Origin: an uncultured Neomegalonema sp. | GTDB taxonomy: Bacteria > Pseudomonadota > Alphaproteobacteria > Rhodobacterales > Rhodobacteraceae | NCBI GenBank assembly: GCA_937928005.1 | Contig: CALFVD010000055.1 | Coordinates: forward strand, 3,516 to 67,515 | DNA length: 64,000 nt | Direction: 5' to 3' | Shown here: positions 10,501-19,251 of the stretch, one piece after another | Numbering within the stretch: position 1 is the stretch's first letter | Layout: the number at the start of each line of letters is the position of its first letter | Notes under the pieces: generated by a model | Seen by the model: only the letters and a program-made list of their open reading frames with translations | What the model was told of the DNA's origin: nothing | Database searches by the model: none | Program-made: the position numbers and the translations under genes

Positions 10501-11042
10501 TCGATGAATTCGTGGATAGAAGACGGGTAGAGGACGGGAATGACCGAGGCGGACAGGAAATGCTCGGATTGATGCGGCACGGTCGAGGATTTAGCCGCGT
10601 GGTCATCGCCCGCGAGGCATAGGACACCGCCATTTTTGGAGGTTCCGGCGGCGTTGGCATGCTGAAACACATCGCCAGAGCGGGCGATGCCCGGACCCTT
10701 GCCGTACCAGATGCCGAGCACGCCGTCATGGCGCGAGCCGGGTGACATGGTGGCCTGCTGGCTGCCCCATACGGCAGTTGCGGCGAGGTCTTCGTTCACG
10801 CCGGGCTGGAAGACGATACCCGCTGCGTCGAGGCGCTTTTTCTGGCGCACCAATTCCTGATCGTAGCCGCCCAAGGGCGAGCCGCGATAACCGGAGATGA
10901 AGCCAGCAGTGTTAAGCCCCGCCGCCCGGTCGCGCCGCATCTGAACCATCGGCAGGCGGGTCAGCGCGTGCAAGCCGTTCATGAAGACACGGCCTGAGGT
11001 CAACTCGTATCGGTCGTTCAGTGAAACGGCGCGGGCATCCAT
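7596..11042 (-). CDS. Indolepyruvate ferredoxin oxidoreductase family protein (fused)
   Basis: GYRGSPLGG, PYFCAGCPHN, GDGTYFHSG, CEGCGDC..SNC, GVGGTGV. Confidence 0.95.
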   Translation of the reverse strand: MDARAVSLNDRYELTSGRVFMNGLHALTRLPMVQMRRDRAAGLNTAGFISGYRGSPLGGYDQELVRQKKRLDAAGIVFQPGVNEDLAATAVWGSQQATMSPGSRHDGVLGIWYGKGPGIARSGDVFQHANAAGTSKNGGVLCLAGDDHAAKSSTVPHQSEHFLSASVIPVLYPSSIHEFIEMGLLGIAMSRYSGCWVGMKVIADTVETTATVDLTGEDRVFTVPDDFEMPADGLNIRWPDDRWEQDHRLQHHKGYAAIAFGRANNVDRIVIDSPHARFGIIASGKAYEDAREALRQLGVTEDEAARIGLRVYKVGMPWPLEPEGVRRFAEGLEEVLVIEERREMIEFEIKKQLFNWRADVRPRIIGKFDHNDQPNLPLDVELTTGAVARAIGLRLLELDLDEQVATRIRDKVAWFKTRADIRKAHTPPVLRKPYFCAGCPHNTSTNVPEGSRVGAGIGCHFMVTWMDRNDAGFSQMGGEGAQWQGTAHFTDEKHQFINLGDGTYFHSGLLAIRQGVASGVNLTYKILYNDAVAMTGGQPIDGSLTPQQITHQLAAEGVGRTVLVTDAPEAYTPGELAKGVEIRHRDDLDTVMRELREVPGCTAILFVQTCAAEKRRRRKRGTFPDPDRRVIINPSVCEGCGDCSVQSNCIAVEPLETAMGRKRRINQSSCNKDFSCVKGFCPSFVTVSGAALKASAATTIDPTTIPDPRASVTDLACPWNIAITGVGGTGVLTIGAVLGMAAHLEGKASMILDMAGLAQKGGAVFSYVRIGNDPDDVTSPRIVSGGTDLLFAADAVVAASTDGVVLCEANCTRAVVNTHLTSVADFIKDRDLDFRNELTIATIRKTTSEDSAFLDFTALAEAACGDAIMTNIMMLGYACQIGALPVAMPSLLHAIEMNGVAVEANIAAFHWGRKLATDPKAATALLKNEAADTPPQTLDALIEHRAAHLTGYQNTRLAKRYRKRVARVRAWDEDAAFVVARNYAKLLSYKDEYEVARLFTDGRFAAQVAQTFEEGGDLTFHLAPPVFNSGTDAKGRPKKKEYGASMLRNFRLLAKLKRLRGTPLDVFGYTEERKSERALIKQYEADIDTALAGQPGPLATALLNLPDAIRGFGPVKAEAMKDAALRRTDILARMKGGAAPEAPRMAAE

Positions 11043-11145
11043 GGCGAGTCCTCCGGTGTGGCGATGTGCCTATACGGTAGGGCGCGATGGATGGCGGCGC
11101 AATAGGACATAATTGCTGTCGTAAAAATCATTTCGATCATCTGCA

Positions 11146-11174
11146 TTGATACCGCATAGGGTATCGTGCTATCT
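11146..11174 (+). promoter_or_regulatory. Putative hicAB promoter with operator palindrome
   Basis: TTGATA-N17-CTATCT; GATACC-N6-GGTATC at 11148-11165. Confidence 0.55.
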
Positions 11175-11181
11175 GGTCCCG

Positions 11182-11457
11182 ATGGCGAAACTGCTTTCCA
11201 AGGTTCGAGGCAATCCGCGTGGCAACTGGACGATAGCGAATGTCCAGACATTGTGTGCGCAGGAAGGATTGATCTGTACCGCGCCAACCGGTGGAGGGTC
11301 GCACTGGAAAATATCGCATTCACTGGTGGGTGATATTCTTACAGTTCCAGCGCATCGCCCAATCAAACCCGTCTACATGCGCGCGCTGGTGAGAATGATC
11401 GACGCAGCACGGCTGGCAGAAGCAATCGAAGCGAAGAAGCGGAAAGACAAGAAATGA
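11182..11457 (+). CDS. hicA: HicA family toxin
   Basis: GGSHWK..H and LTVPAHRPIKPVY motifs; ATGA overlap with hicB. Confidence 0.88.
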   Translation: MAKLLSKVRGNPRGNWTIANVQTLCAQEGLICTAPTGGGSHWKISHSLVGDILTVPAHRPIKPVYMRALVRMIDAARLAEAIEAKKRKDKK

Positions 11458-11804
11458 ACGCGACGGCATACACGATTATCGTCGAACCACTTGCTGACGA
11501 GGATGGTGGCGGATTCGTCGCCACCGTGCCTGATCTTCCCGGATGCATGGGTGATGGCGAAACGCAGGATGCTGCGACGGCGGATGCCTTGGCGGCGATT
11601 CCCTCATGGATTGAGGAAGCCGCCCGCCTAGGGCGTCCCGTGCCGGTGCCTGGTTCCTCTCTTGGACAATGGCGACAGCGGGTGCCGCGTTCGCTTCACC
11701 AGAAGCTCAAGCTCACGGCGGATGCGGAGGGCGTATCGCTCAACCATCTCGTCGCCGTCGCACTCGCCGATTATGTCGCACGCCGGGATTCGGGCGCGGG
11801 CTGA
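11454..11804 (+). CDS. hicB: HicB family antitoxin with C-terminal RHH domain
   Basis: DGGGFVATVPDLPGCMGDGET, RVPRSLH..L...A..EGVSLN. Confidence 0.92.
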   Translation: MNATAYTIIVEPLADEDGGGFVATVPDLPGCMGDGETQDAATADALAAIPSWIEEAARLGRPVPVPGSSLGQWRQRVPRSLHQKLKLTADAEGVSLNHLVAVALADYVARRDSGAG

Positions 11805-11806
11805 TC

Positions 11807-12790
11807 CTACAGCATCGCCGGAACGACCCGATCTGGCGGGGTGTGGCCGTCGGCGAAGGTTTTTATGTTGATGATGACCTTTTCGCCCGTCTCGATGCGG
11901 CTTTCGTGAGTGGCGGAGGACATGTGGGGCATCAGGACCACGTTCGGGGCGTCCTTCAAGCGGTCGGGGATATTGGGGCCGTGCTCGAAGACGTCTAGCC
12001 CTGCGCCGCCCAATTCACCCGCCGAGAGCATCCGGCCCAGCGCATTTTCGTCGATGATCTCGCCGCGCGCCGTGTTGACGATATAGGCGGACGGCTTCAT
12101 CAGCTTGAGCCGCCGGGCCGAAAGCAGATGGAAGGTGCCGGGGGTATGGGGGCAATGGACCGAGACGACATCCATGCGGGCGAGCATCTGGTCGAGGCTT
12201 TCCCAGTAGCGCGCCCCCAAGGCATCCTCGATCTGTGGATGGACGCGCTTGCGGTTGTGGTAATGCACCTCCAGCCCGAAGGCCGCCGCGCGCTTGGCGA
12301 CCGCCTGTCCGATGCGGCCCATGCCGATGATGCCGAGGCGCTTGCCCGCGATGCGGTGGCCAAGCATGGCCGTGGGTGCCCAACCCGTCCACTCACCGGA
12401 GCGCACGAGCTGCACGCCCTCCACCAGACGGCGGGGCACGGCGAGAATCAACGCCATCGTCATGTCGGCGGTATCTTCGGTCAGCACGCCGGGGGTGTTG
12501 GAGACGAGAATCCCGCGCCGCCGGGCCGTCTCGACGTCGATATGATCGACCCCTGCCCCGAAATTAGCAATCAGGCGCAGGTTCTCGCCCGCCCGCGCCA
12601 GAACATTGGCGTTGATCTGGTCGCCGAGGGTAGGCACAAGGACATCGGCGCGCGAAACCGCATCGGCAAGCTGTGCGCTCGTGAAGGGTTTGTCCGTATC
12701 GGCGAGCTCCACGTCGAACAGTTCGGATAAGCGTGCCTCGACGGCGTCGGGCAGTTTACGGGTGACGATGACTTTCGTGCGGGCGGGCAT
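11807..12790 (-). CDS. D-2-hydroxyacid (D-glycerate/glyoxylate) dehydrogenase
   Basis: GIIGMGRIG, NTARG, LDVFE, PHMSSAT. Confidence 0.93.
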   Translation of the reverse strand: MPARTKVIVTRKLPDAVEARLSELFDVELADTDKPFTSAQLADAVSRADVLVPTLGDQINANVLARAGENLRLIANFGAGVDHIDVETARRRGILVSNTPGVLTEDTADMTMALILAVPRRLVEGVQLVRSGEWTGWAPTAMLGHRIAGKRLGIIGMGRIGQAVAKRAAAFGLEVHYHNRKRVHPQIEDALGARYWESLDQMLARMDVVSVHCPHTPGTFHLLSARRLKLMKPSAYIVNTARGEIIDENALGRMLSAGELGGAGLDVFEHGPNIPDRLKDAPNVVLMPHMSSATHESRIETGEKVIINIKTFADGHTPPDRVVPAML

Positions 12791-12874
12791 GGGCTATTGT
12801 CCTATAGCGAGTCGGTCCATGCGCTGGATAACAGGCACGGGCGAGCGGCGAAACCGGGTAGGGACGACATAATC

Positions 12875-13375
12875 TTGCGAAACGGCATTATTTTTGGTTT
12901 TTTTGCTGCGCTTCTGGTCGCAGGGCCGGGGGTCGCCCAGACGGTAGGGCCGGAAACGGGCAAACCGATCCCGCGTTATGAGACTTTGCGGTTCGATACC
13001 GTGCGGATGCGCAAGGGACCGGGGCGCAGCTATCCCATCGCATGGCTGTTCAAGCGGCAAGGATTGCCGGTGCAGGTGTTCCGCGAATATCAGGATTGGC
13101 GACAGGTGCGCGATCCCTATGGCGATATCGGCTGGATCAAGCGCACGCAATTGAGTAGCGCGCGATACGGGCTGGTGCGCGAGGACCGTGCGCCGCTGTA
13201 CCGCAAGGCGGAGGATGACGCGGTGATCGCGGTCCGGGCGGAGGCCGGGGTGGTGCTGCGCCTGTCGGAATGTAGCACCAACTGGTGCTACGGCTCGGCC
13301 AAGGGCTATGGCGGCTGGGTCCGCAAGGAGGCGCTATGGGGCGTCGCGCCGGAGGAGAAGTTTAAGGGGGATTAA
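12875..13375 (+). CDS. Secreted bacterial SH3-domain protein
   Basis: GPETG.PIPRY, RKGPG..YPI.W, two SH3b-like repeats; TTG start inferred. Confidence 0.85.
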   Translation: MRNGIIFGFFAALLVAGPGVAQTVGPETGKPIPRYETLRFDTVRMRKGPGRSYPIAWLFKRQGLPVQVFREYQDWRQVRDPYGDIGWIKRTQLSSARYGLVREDRAPLYRKAEDDAVIAVRAEAGVVLRLSECSTNWCYGSAKGYGGWVRKEALWGVAPEEKFKGD

Positions 13376-13403
13376 CAGACAGGGTTCACCTTTCCGATAC
13401 CAG

Positions 13404-13490
13404 TTGACCGCTTCCAAGAAAGACGCGCTTCTGCATGATCAGGCAGCGATGCTTGTCGATCTTCAGAAGCAGATTGCAGAGTTGGACCCC
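13404..13490 (+). pseudogene. Possible IS66-type transposase N-terminal remnant
   Basis: LTASKKDALLHDQAAMLVDLQKQIAELD resembles the coiled-coil N-terminus of IS66-family transposases. Confidence 0.3.
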
Positions 13491-13492
13491 CC

Positions 13493-15124
13493 TCAATACC
13501 CCAGCGCACACCCGTCCTTGCGCGGGTCTGATCCACCGATGAGGCACCCCGTCTCTGCATCCAGCAAGATCACCTGCCCGCCGCCAATCGGGCCTTCGGC
13601 AATCCGCGCGTCGTGGCCCAGCGAAGCGAGGAGGTTCAGGGTTGATTGCGAATACCCGCGTTCGACTTCCAGCACGCCTTTGTCGAAGAAGCTGCGCGGG
13701 GCGTCCATCGCCTCCTGCGGGTCCATGCCATAATCCACGAGGTTCGAGATCAGCCTTGCGTGCCCATTCGACTGGTACGACCCGCCCATCACGCCGAAGG
13801 TGCCGACCGGCTTGCCGTCCTTGGCGAACATGCCCGGAATGATCGTGTGCATGGGCCGCCTGCCACCCTGCAACTCGTTCGGATGCCCGTCCTCCAGCGA
13901 GAACGCCGCCCCCCGGCACTGGAAATTGATGCCGTAGCGGTCGGAGGCGATGCGCGAGCCGAAGGCATGAAAGATCGAGTAGATCAGCGACACCATCGTC
14001 CGGTCCTTATCGACCACAGTGATGTAGATCGTATCCTTATGCGGCGCGCCCCCGGTCCCGACAGCCGGACCCATTGCGTGCAATTCCGCCACATCATCCA
14101 GCAGATCAGCCCGCGCGCGCATCGGGTCAATCCGGTCGCGTAGCGCGTTGACCGTCTCGTCAGACAACATATGCGCCAGCCGCTCGGCGGCCCCCGGCGC
14201 ATCCGCATCGCCGATCAATCGGTTGCGCGCGTCATAGGCCAGCCGCGCCGCTTCGGCCTCGATATGCGCGCGCTCTGGCCCGTGGGGGTCGACCTCGTCG
14301 AACTCAAACCCTTCCAAAATCTTCGCCATCAGGATCGCGCAGGCACCCTGACCATTGGGTGGTAGCTCGATCATCTCCATCCCGCGATAGGTGCCGCTGA
14401 TCGGCTCGACCCATGTGGATTTCGTCGCCGCGAAATCGGCCAGCGTATGCCGCCCGCCCAGTGCATTCAGCGACGCCACCATATCCTCGGCAACCGCCCC
14501 TTCGTAGAAACCCGCGCGCCCCTCCCGCGCGATGATCTCCATCGCCTCGGCCTGTGCTGGATAGGCAAACATCTCGCCGGTCTTCGGCGCGCGTGTGGCA
14601 TCCGCCAGAAAATACCGCGCCATCGCCCCTGACAGCGCGCCCTCGTCCTTCGCCCAGTCCCACGCCACACGCGGCGCTACCGGATGCCCCTCGCGCGCAA
14701 TCGCAATCGCCGGAGCCATCGCCCGGTCCCATCCGTAAGTGCCATACTCACTCAGCAGCATATCGAACGCATCGATAGCCCCCGGCACCGTGACCGCATG
14801 GGCACTATGCACGTCGATCTCCGTCAGACCTTGCTGGCGTAGCAGGCCCGCATCCAGCGCAGCGGGCGCACGCCCTGACCCGTTCAGCCCCCGTGGCCGA
14901 TCCTCCCCGTCCCGCCAGATCAGCGCGAAAGCATCCCCGCCGATCCCCGTCATTGCCGGTTCCAGCAATCCCATGGTCAGCGCGGCGGTCACGGCGGCAT
15001 CCACCGCATTTCCCCCTGCGCGCAGCACACCCACCGCGCATTCAGCGGCCAGAGGATGCGAGGTGGCGCACATGCCGTTCTTCGCATGGACAGTGGAACG
15101 ACCAGGAAGCTGAAAATCACGCAT
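13493..15124 (-). CDS. ggt: Gamma-glutamyltransferase family protein
   Basis: GGNAVDAA, PPNGQG, DT nucleophile site, RP.HTIIP, GVMGG..Q, GSDPRKDG. Confidence 0.93.
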   Translation of the reverse strand: MRDFQLPGRSTVHAKNGMCATSHPLAAECAVGVLRAGGNAVDAAVTAALTMGLLEPAMTGIGGDAFALIWRDGEDRPRGLNGSGRAPAALDAGLLRQQGLTEIDVHSAHAVTVPGAIDAFDMLLSEYGTYGWDRAMAPAIAIAREGHPVAPRVAWDWAKDEGALSGAMARYFLADATRAPKTGEMFAYPAQAEAMEIIAREGRAGFYEGAVAEDMVASLNALGGRHTLADFAATKSTWVEPISGTYRGMEMIELPPNGQGACAILMAKILEGFEFDEVDPHGPERAHIEAEAARLAYDARNRLIGDADAPGAAERLAHMLSDETVNALRDRIDPMRARADLLDDVAELHAMGPAVGTGGAPHKDTIYITVVDKDRTMVSLIYSIFHAFGSRIASDRYGINFQCRGAAFSLEDGHPNELQGGRRPMHTIIPGMFAKDGKPVGTFGVMGGSYQSNGHARLISNLVDYGMDPQEAMDAPRSFFDKGVLEVERGYSQSTLNLLASLGHDARIAEGPIGGGQVILLDAETGCLIGGSDPRKDGCALGY

Positions 15125-15202
15125 GGGAATGGGCCTCAGGGTTGTAGAGAAAGGATCACCCCGCCATGCCACAAACACCCACCCCCTGACAACGCTGGTC
15201 GA

Positions 15203-15360
15203 CCATCACGCCCCCCATCTGCGGAGCCGTGTTCATCGCCGCCGGGATGATCAGTGATGACTGGCGAAAAGCCGCCCTGACCGCCATGGCCCTCGGAATC
15301 GGCCTCTACCTCATCCCCCTCGCCATGATCGCCAACCCCGTCCTCATCGCCGTAGCGGAG
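15203..15360 (+). pseudogene. Fragment of a fused TRAP transporter permease
   Basis: TITPPICGAVFIAAGM...GLYLIPLAMIANP matches the DctM C-terminal region; rest of gene absent. Confidence 0.7.
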
Positions 15361-15424
15361 ACGCCGGTGCGGGGCGTTGATTTCCTCGTATCTGTCGGGG
15401 CTGATGTACCCCAGCACTGAGTGC

Positions 15425-15555
15425 AGGGTAAAGGCATGGAGGCGCATCGCATCCCTCATCGAAACCGCCAAGATCAACCGCGTCGAGCCCTTCGCCTATA
15501 TCAAGGCAACCCTCGAAGCCATTGCAAGCGGCCACCCACAAAGCCACATAGACAA
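15425..15555 (+). mobile_element. IS66 transposase C-terminal remnant
   Basis: KAWRRIASLIETAKINRVEPFAYIKATLEAIASGHP. Confidence 0.85.
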
Positions 15556-15588
15556 AGCCAACGGCGGTGCGCAGCCCCTCAACCCGGC

Positions 15589-15854
15589 TCACAAGCTCTC
15601 TGCACGGCTGAACTGATTATGCAGCAAGGCGATCAGATGCTGGCGTGGTGTGAGCCTGCGCAATTTCGTTCCGTGCTCGCGGCTCAACGCCTCAAAGTGG
15701 TCCATCGGAACGTGTTTGAGAAGTCCGTTCAAAACGGTATCGTGAGCACGCATGGCATTGGCCTTTTCGTGTCCCAAAATGCTTCCAACATTCTGAAAAC
15801 CATTAGAAGCAATGCTATGCACTATCGCAACAAATTTCCTATCGGACACTCGTG
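15589..15854 (-). mobile_element. IS4-family remnant (left end plus DUF4372-like N-terminus)
   Basis: MRAHDTVLNGLLKHVP...RRLTPRQHLIALLHNQFSRAESL from ATG 15753, truncated; candidate terminal sequence CACGAGTGTCCGA at 15854. Confidence 0.7.
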
Positions 15855-15957
15855 GAACAAGTCCAAGGTCGACAGTTTCGGCGGCGGGCATCATAGCGGA
15901 TGACAACCGGGGTGTGGGGCGGCATGGTGCGGGTGTATTGCGTTCGGGGAGGGGCGT

Positions 15958-16290
15958 GTGGGGGATATTCTTGGGGCAGTGGTGGATTTCGCCAAACAGG
16001 TGGCGGAGGTGGAGGTCTCTGGCACACAGGTTACGGCGCTGATGGCCATTGCGCTGCTTATCGGCCCGCCCTTATTGAGCTATCTGCTCAGATATCCGGG
16101 AGCAAGCCTGTTCATGGCTTTATCTGCTGCGGCGGCATCCGTCGCCTGTGGCTATGAAAGCGATACTCACAGATGGTACGCGATCCTTGCTATCCCAGTA
16201 TTCGTGCTTGTCGCGCTTCCTCTCAATCACGCGCTTGAATGGCTGTTATGTAAGTTTGGCAATACGCGATCAACACACCGAGGAGACTAA
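15958..16290 (+). CDS. Small membrane hypothetical protein
   Basis: GGAGG RBS, GTG start, about three hydrophobic segments. Confidence 0.6.
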   Translation: MGDILGAVVDFAKQVAEVEVSGTQVTALMAIALLIGPPLLSYLLRYPGASLFMALSAAAASVACGYESDTHRWYAILAIPVFVLVALPLNHALEWLLCKFGNTRSTHRGD

Positions 16291-16355
16291 CGCGCTTTGG
16301 GGGCGGTATTCCCGATGGAGAGAGATACCCGCCTACGCGGGCATAACAGTATTCA

Positions 16356-17012
16356 TTACCCGCCCAATACCTCGCCGCCCGCGAGTTTGGTGAAGATATC
16401 GCGCCATGTCGATGTCTCCTGCGCGCCCATTAGGGCGTAGGTTTCGCCCAAGATAAAGCACGGTACGCCGGTAACGCCCATCTGGCGGGACAGCGCGTCT
16501 TCGTTGGTCAGGAGGGCGCGGTCGGCATCCTCGGCATAGAGGCGGCGGAGCAGGTCTTCCTCCATGCCATTGGCCACGCCAATTTCGATCAGCGCATCAC
16601 GGTCGCCGATATCGACGCCATTCACGAAATAGGCGGTAAAGACAGCGTCTACCACGGCATCCTGCGCGCCGGTCGTGCGCGCCCAACGGATCAGGCGATG
16701 GGCGTCGAGGGTGTTTGGGGTGCGCTTGACCTTCGAGAAATCAACGGGCAGGCCCGCATCCACCACCGCCGCCTCGATACGGCCATAGACCTGTCGCGCG
16801 CCATCGGGACCGCCGAATTTACGCTCCAGATAGGCGGTACGATCCATGCCACCCTCTGGCATGTCGGGGTTGAGCTGAAACACGCGCCACGTAATATCGA
16901 GCGGTAGATCGGGGGCTTCGGCGCGCGCGGCGTCGAATTTGGCCTTGCCGATATAGCACCACGGGCAAATCGGGTCGGAGAGGATGTCGAGGGTCTGAAC
17001 GGCGTTTTCCAT
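16356..17012 (-). CDS. DsbA/FrnE family oxidoreductase
   Basis: SDPICPWCYIG, FQLNP, PNT.DAHRL, GVTGVP.F, GAQ. Confidence 0.92.
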   Translation of the reverse strand: MENAVQTLDILSDPICPWCYIGKAKFDAARAEAPDLPLDITWRVFQLNPDMPEGGMDRTAYLERKFGGPDGARQVYGRIEAAVVDAGLPVDFSKVKRTPNTLDAHRLIRWARTTGAQDAVVDAVFTAYFVNGVDIGDRDALIEIGVANGMEEDLLRRLYAEDADRALLTNEDALSRQMGVTGVPCFILGETYALMGAQETSTWRDIFTKLAGGEVLGG

Positions 17013-17048
17013 AGGTCGATGGAGCATTGCGGACAGGGGCGCGTCAAG

Positions 17049-18227
17049 TCATTCCGCCGCGACGGCCACGGGTGAGGGGATATGGCCATCGCGAGTCTGT
17101 GGCACACGAATGGCGAGCCGATGACCGGCGACTTGAGTGCGCAACACCTGCGCCGTGCCACCGCCGATGGTGAACATGCGCACATCGCGGACCATACGCT
17201 CCAACGGTTCGGCATCGGAATACCCGCGCGCACCAAACATCTGAAGCGCGTCGTTCACGACCTTCACGGCCATTTCAGAGGCGAAAAGCTTGGCACGGGC
17301 GGCGAGATTGCGGTCGGGAAAGCCACCCTCGCCGGAACGCGCAGCCTCGTGCAGCATCAGGCGGGCGGCGTGAACCTGTGTATCCATATCGGCGAGCATC
17401 CATTGCAACCCTTGGAACTCGGCGATAGGGCGACCGAATTGTTCACGCTGATTGAGATAGGCGGTGGCGCGATCAAGGGCACCGGCGGCAACACCCATGG
17501 CGATGGTGCCCGCGCCGACGCGCTGGGAATTATAGGCGCTCATCAGATCGGCAAATCCGCGCGGGGGTAGGAGGGCGCGGCTTGCGGGGATTTCAACATC
17601 CGTGAAGCGCAATTCAGCCTCCGGCATACCGCACAGACCCATCGTGCGCTCGCGGCGGATAACCTCAAAACCATCGGGGGCGGGGTCGGCGTGTAAGATG
17701 AACCCGCCAATGCCCTCATCGCGCCCGCCCTTGCCGATAACGCGGGCGAAGACGAGATGCAGTTTCGAGACACCGCCGCCCGTAATCCAATGCTTCGTGC
17801 CGTTGAGAATGTAACGATCACCATCGCGCTTCGCCGTGGTTTGCATGGCGGTGGCGTCACTGCCCGCACCCGGCTCGGAAATGCAAATGGCGGGCTTGTC
17901 ACCTTCGAGTACAAGCGCGGCGCAGAAGGCTTTTTGCTGCGGCGTGCCATAGGCCATCACGGCGCTGATTGCGCCCATATTGGACTCGACGAGGATGCGC
18001 GCCGATAACGCACATTCGCGGGCAACTTCTTCGACCGCCAGCACACAATCGAGCCATGATGCGCCCGCGCCGCCGAATTCACGCGGGATGGTCATGCCCA
18101 TCAAGCCCGCACCGACCAGATCATCAATATTCGGCCATGGATAACGGCGCGTACGGTCCCATTCGGGGGCCATGGCGGCAAAAGCGGGGGCAAGCGCGCG
18201 GGCGCGGGTTTGGTAGGAATTGTTCAT
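17049..18227 (-). CDS. acdA: Acyl-CoA dehydrogenase family, 3-sulfinopropanoyl-CoA desulfinase-like
   Basis: ARILVESNMGAI, GDKPAICISEP, WITGGGVSKLHL, AYNSQRVGAG, PQTRDG tail, as recalled for the Advenella Acd desulfinase. Confidence 0.8.
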   Translation of the reverse strand: MNNSYQTRARALAPAFAAMAPEWDRTRRYPWPNIDDLVGAGLMGMTIPREFGGAGASWLDCVLAVEEVARECALSARILVESNMGAISAVMAYGTPQQKAFCAALVLEGDKPAICISEPGAGSDATAMQTTAKRDGDRYILNGTKHWITGGGVSKLHLVFARVIGKGGRDEGIGGFILHADPAPDGFEVIRRERTMGLCGMPEAELRFTDVEIPASRALLPPRGFADLMSAYNSQRVGAGTIAMGVAAGALDRATAYLNQREQFGRPIAEFQGLQWMLADMDTQVHAARLMLHEAARSGEGGFPDRNLAARAKLFASEMAVKVVNDALQMFGARGYSDAEPLERMVRDVRMFTIGGGTAQVLRTQVAGHRLAIRVPQTRDGHIPSPVAVAAE

Positions 18228-18317
18228 GGCACCCTCTAAGTTTTGAGGAGCGTGGAATGGTTGCTTCTTCAATTCAATCGAATAAGATCGAATACCAAAT
18301 TCAAGAAAGATGCATTT

Positions 18318-19157
18318 ATGCAAACCCGCGCCCTACGCACCCTGACCCGGATCGCCACAATCGGCTCATTTGCCGAGAGCGCGGCACAGTTGAACATGAC
18401 GCTATCCGCTGTATCCATGCAGATGAAAGCACTGGAGGAGGAGCTGGGCGTTGCCCTCTTTGACCGCACATTCCGCCCCCCGCGCCTGACCCCCGCCGGG
18501 CGAGCGGTGGCGGCGCAAGCGGGGCGCATATTGGGGGAGGAAGAGGCGCTGTTGGATTTATGCGCGCCGACCGACCGGCTGGCGGGAGTGTATCGGCTGG
18601 GCTTTGTGATGACCGCCGGGGTGCGGCTGCTACCGGGGTTTTTACGCCGGGCTGGGGACGCCCTGCCGGAGGCGCGTTTTGCGTTCGAGACGGGGCTATC
18701 AGAAACACTGGAAGCGCGGGTGCTGGCCGGGGGGTTGGATGCGGCGGTGGTGACGGCGGGGGGCGCGGTGGACGGGCTGGCGCATCATGCGGTACGGCGG
18801 GAGCCGCTGGCCTTTGCGGCGCATCGGTCGCTGATGCGCGAAGGTCCGGGCGAGACGCTGGCGGCGCATCCATTCCTACAATTTCGACCCAGCACAGGCA
18901 TCGGCAAACGGATCGCAGGGTTGGTGCCGCAAACGGGGCCGCGCATCGTGCTCGACAGCGTTGAGACGATCATGGAATGCGTGCGCCAACAAATCGGCGT
19001 AACACTGTTGGCACAATCCGATATCGAGCGATATGCAGATGCGAAAACGGCGATTTTCAATGTGCCGGGGATCGAGGCGGTGCGCGAATTGGTACTGACC
19101 ACGCGCACGGGTGATCCCTTGACAGCCAAAGCGCATCTGTTGACGCGGCTATTTTAA
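18318..19157 (+). CDS. LysR family regulator, divergent from acdA
   Basis: GSFAESA..LNMTLSAVSMQMKALEEELGV.LFDR. Confidence 0.93.
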   Translation: MQTRALRTLTRIATIGSFAESAAQLNMTLSAVSMQMKALEEELGVALFDRTFRPPRLTPAGRAVAAQAGRILGEEEALLDLCAPTDRLAGVYRLGFVMTAGVRLLPGFLRRAGDALPEARFAFETGLSETLEARVLAGGLDAAVVTAGGAVDGLAHHAVRREPLAFAAHRSLMREGPGETLAAHPFLQFRPSTGIGKRIAGLVPQTGPRIVLDSVETIMECVRQQIGVTLLAQSDIERYADAKTAIFNVPGIEAVRELVLTTRTGDPLTAKAHLLTRLF

Positions 19158-19251
19158 GGTTGACAAAATTATCTTTTTAGTCACTTTATGTTCCTGTTTT
19201 ATATTTAAGCTATCTCCTTCAACTCGCAGCCAATGTGCGTAGATTAGGGGG

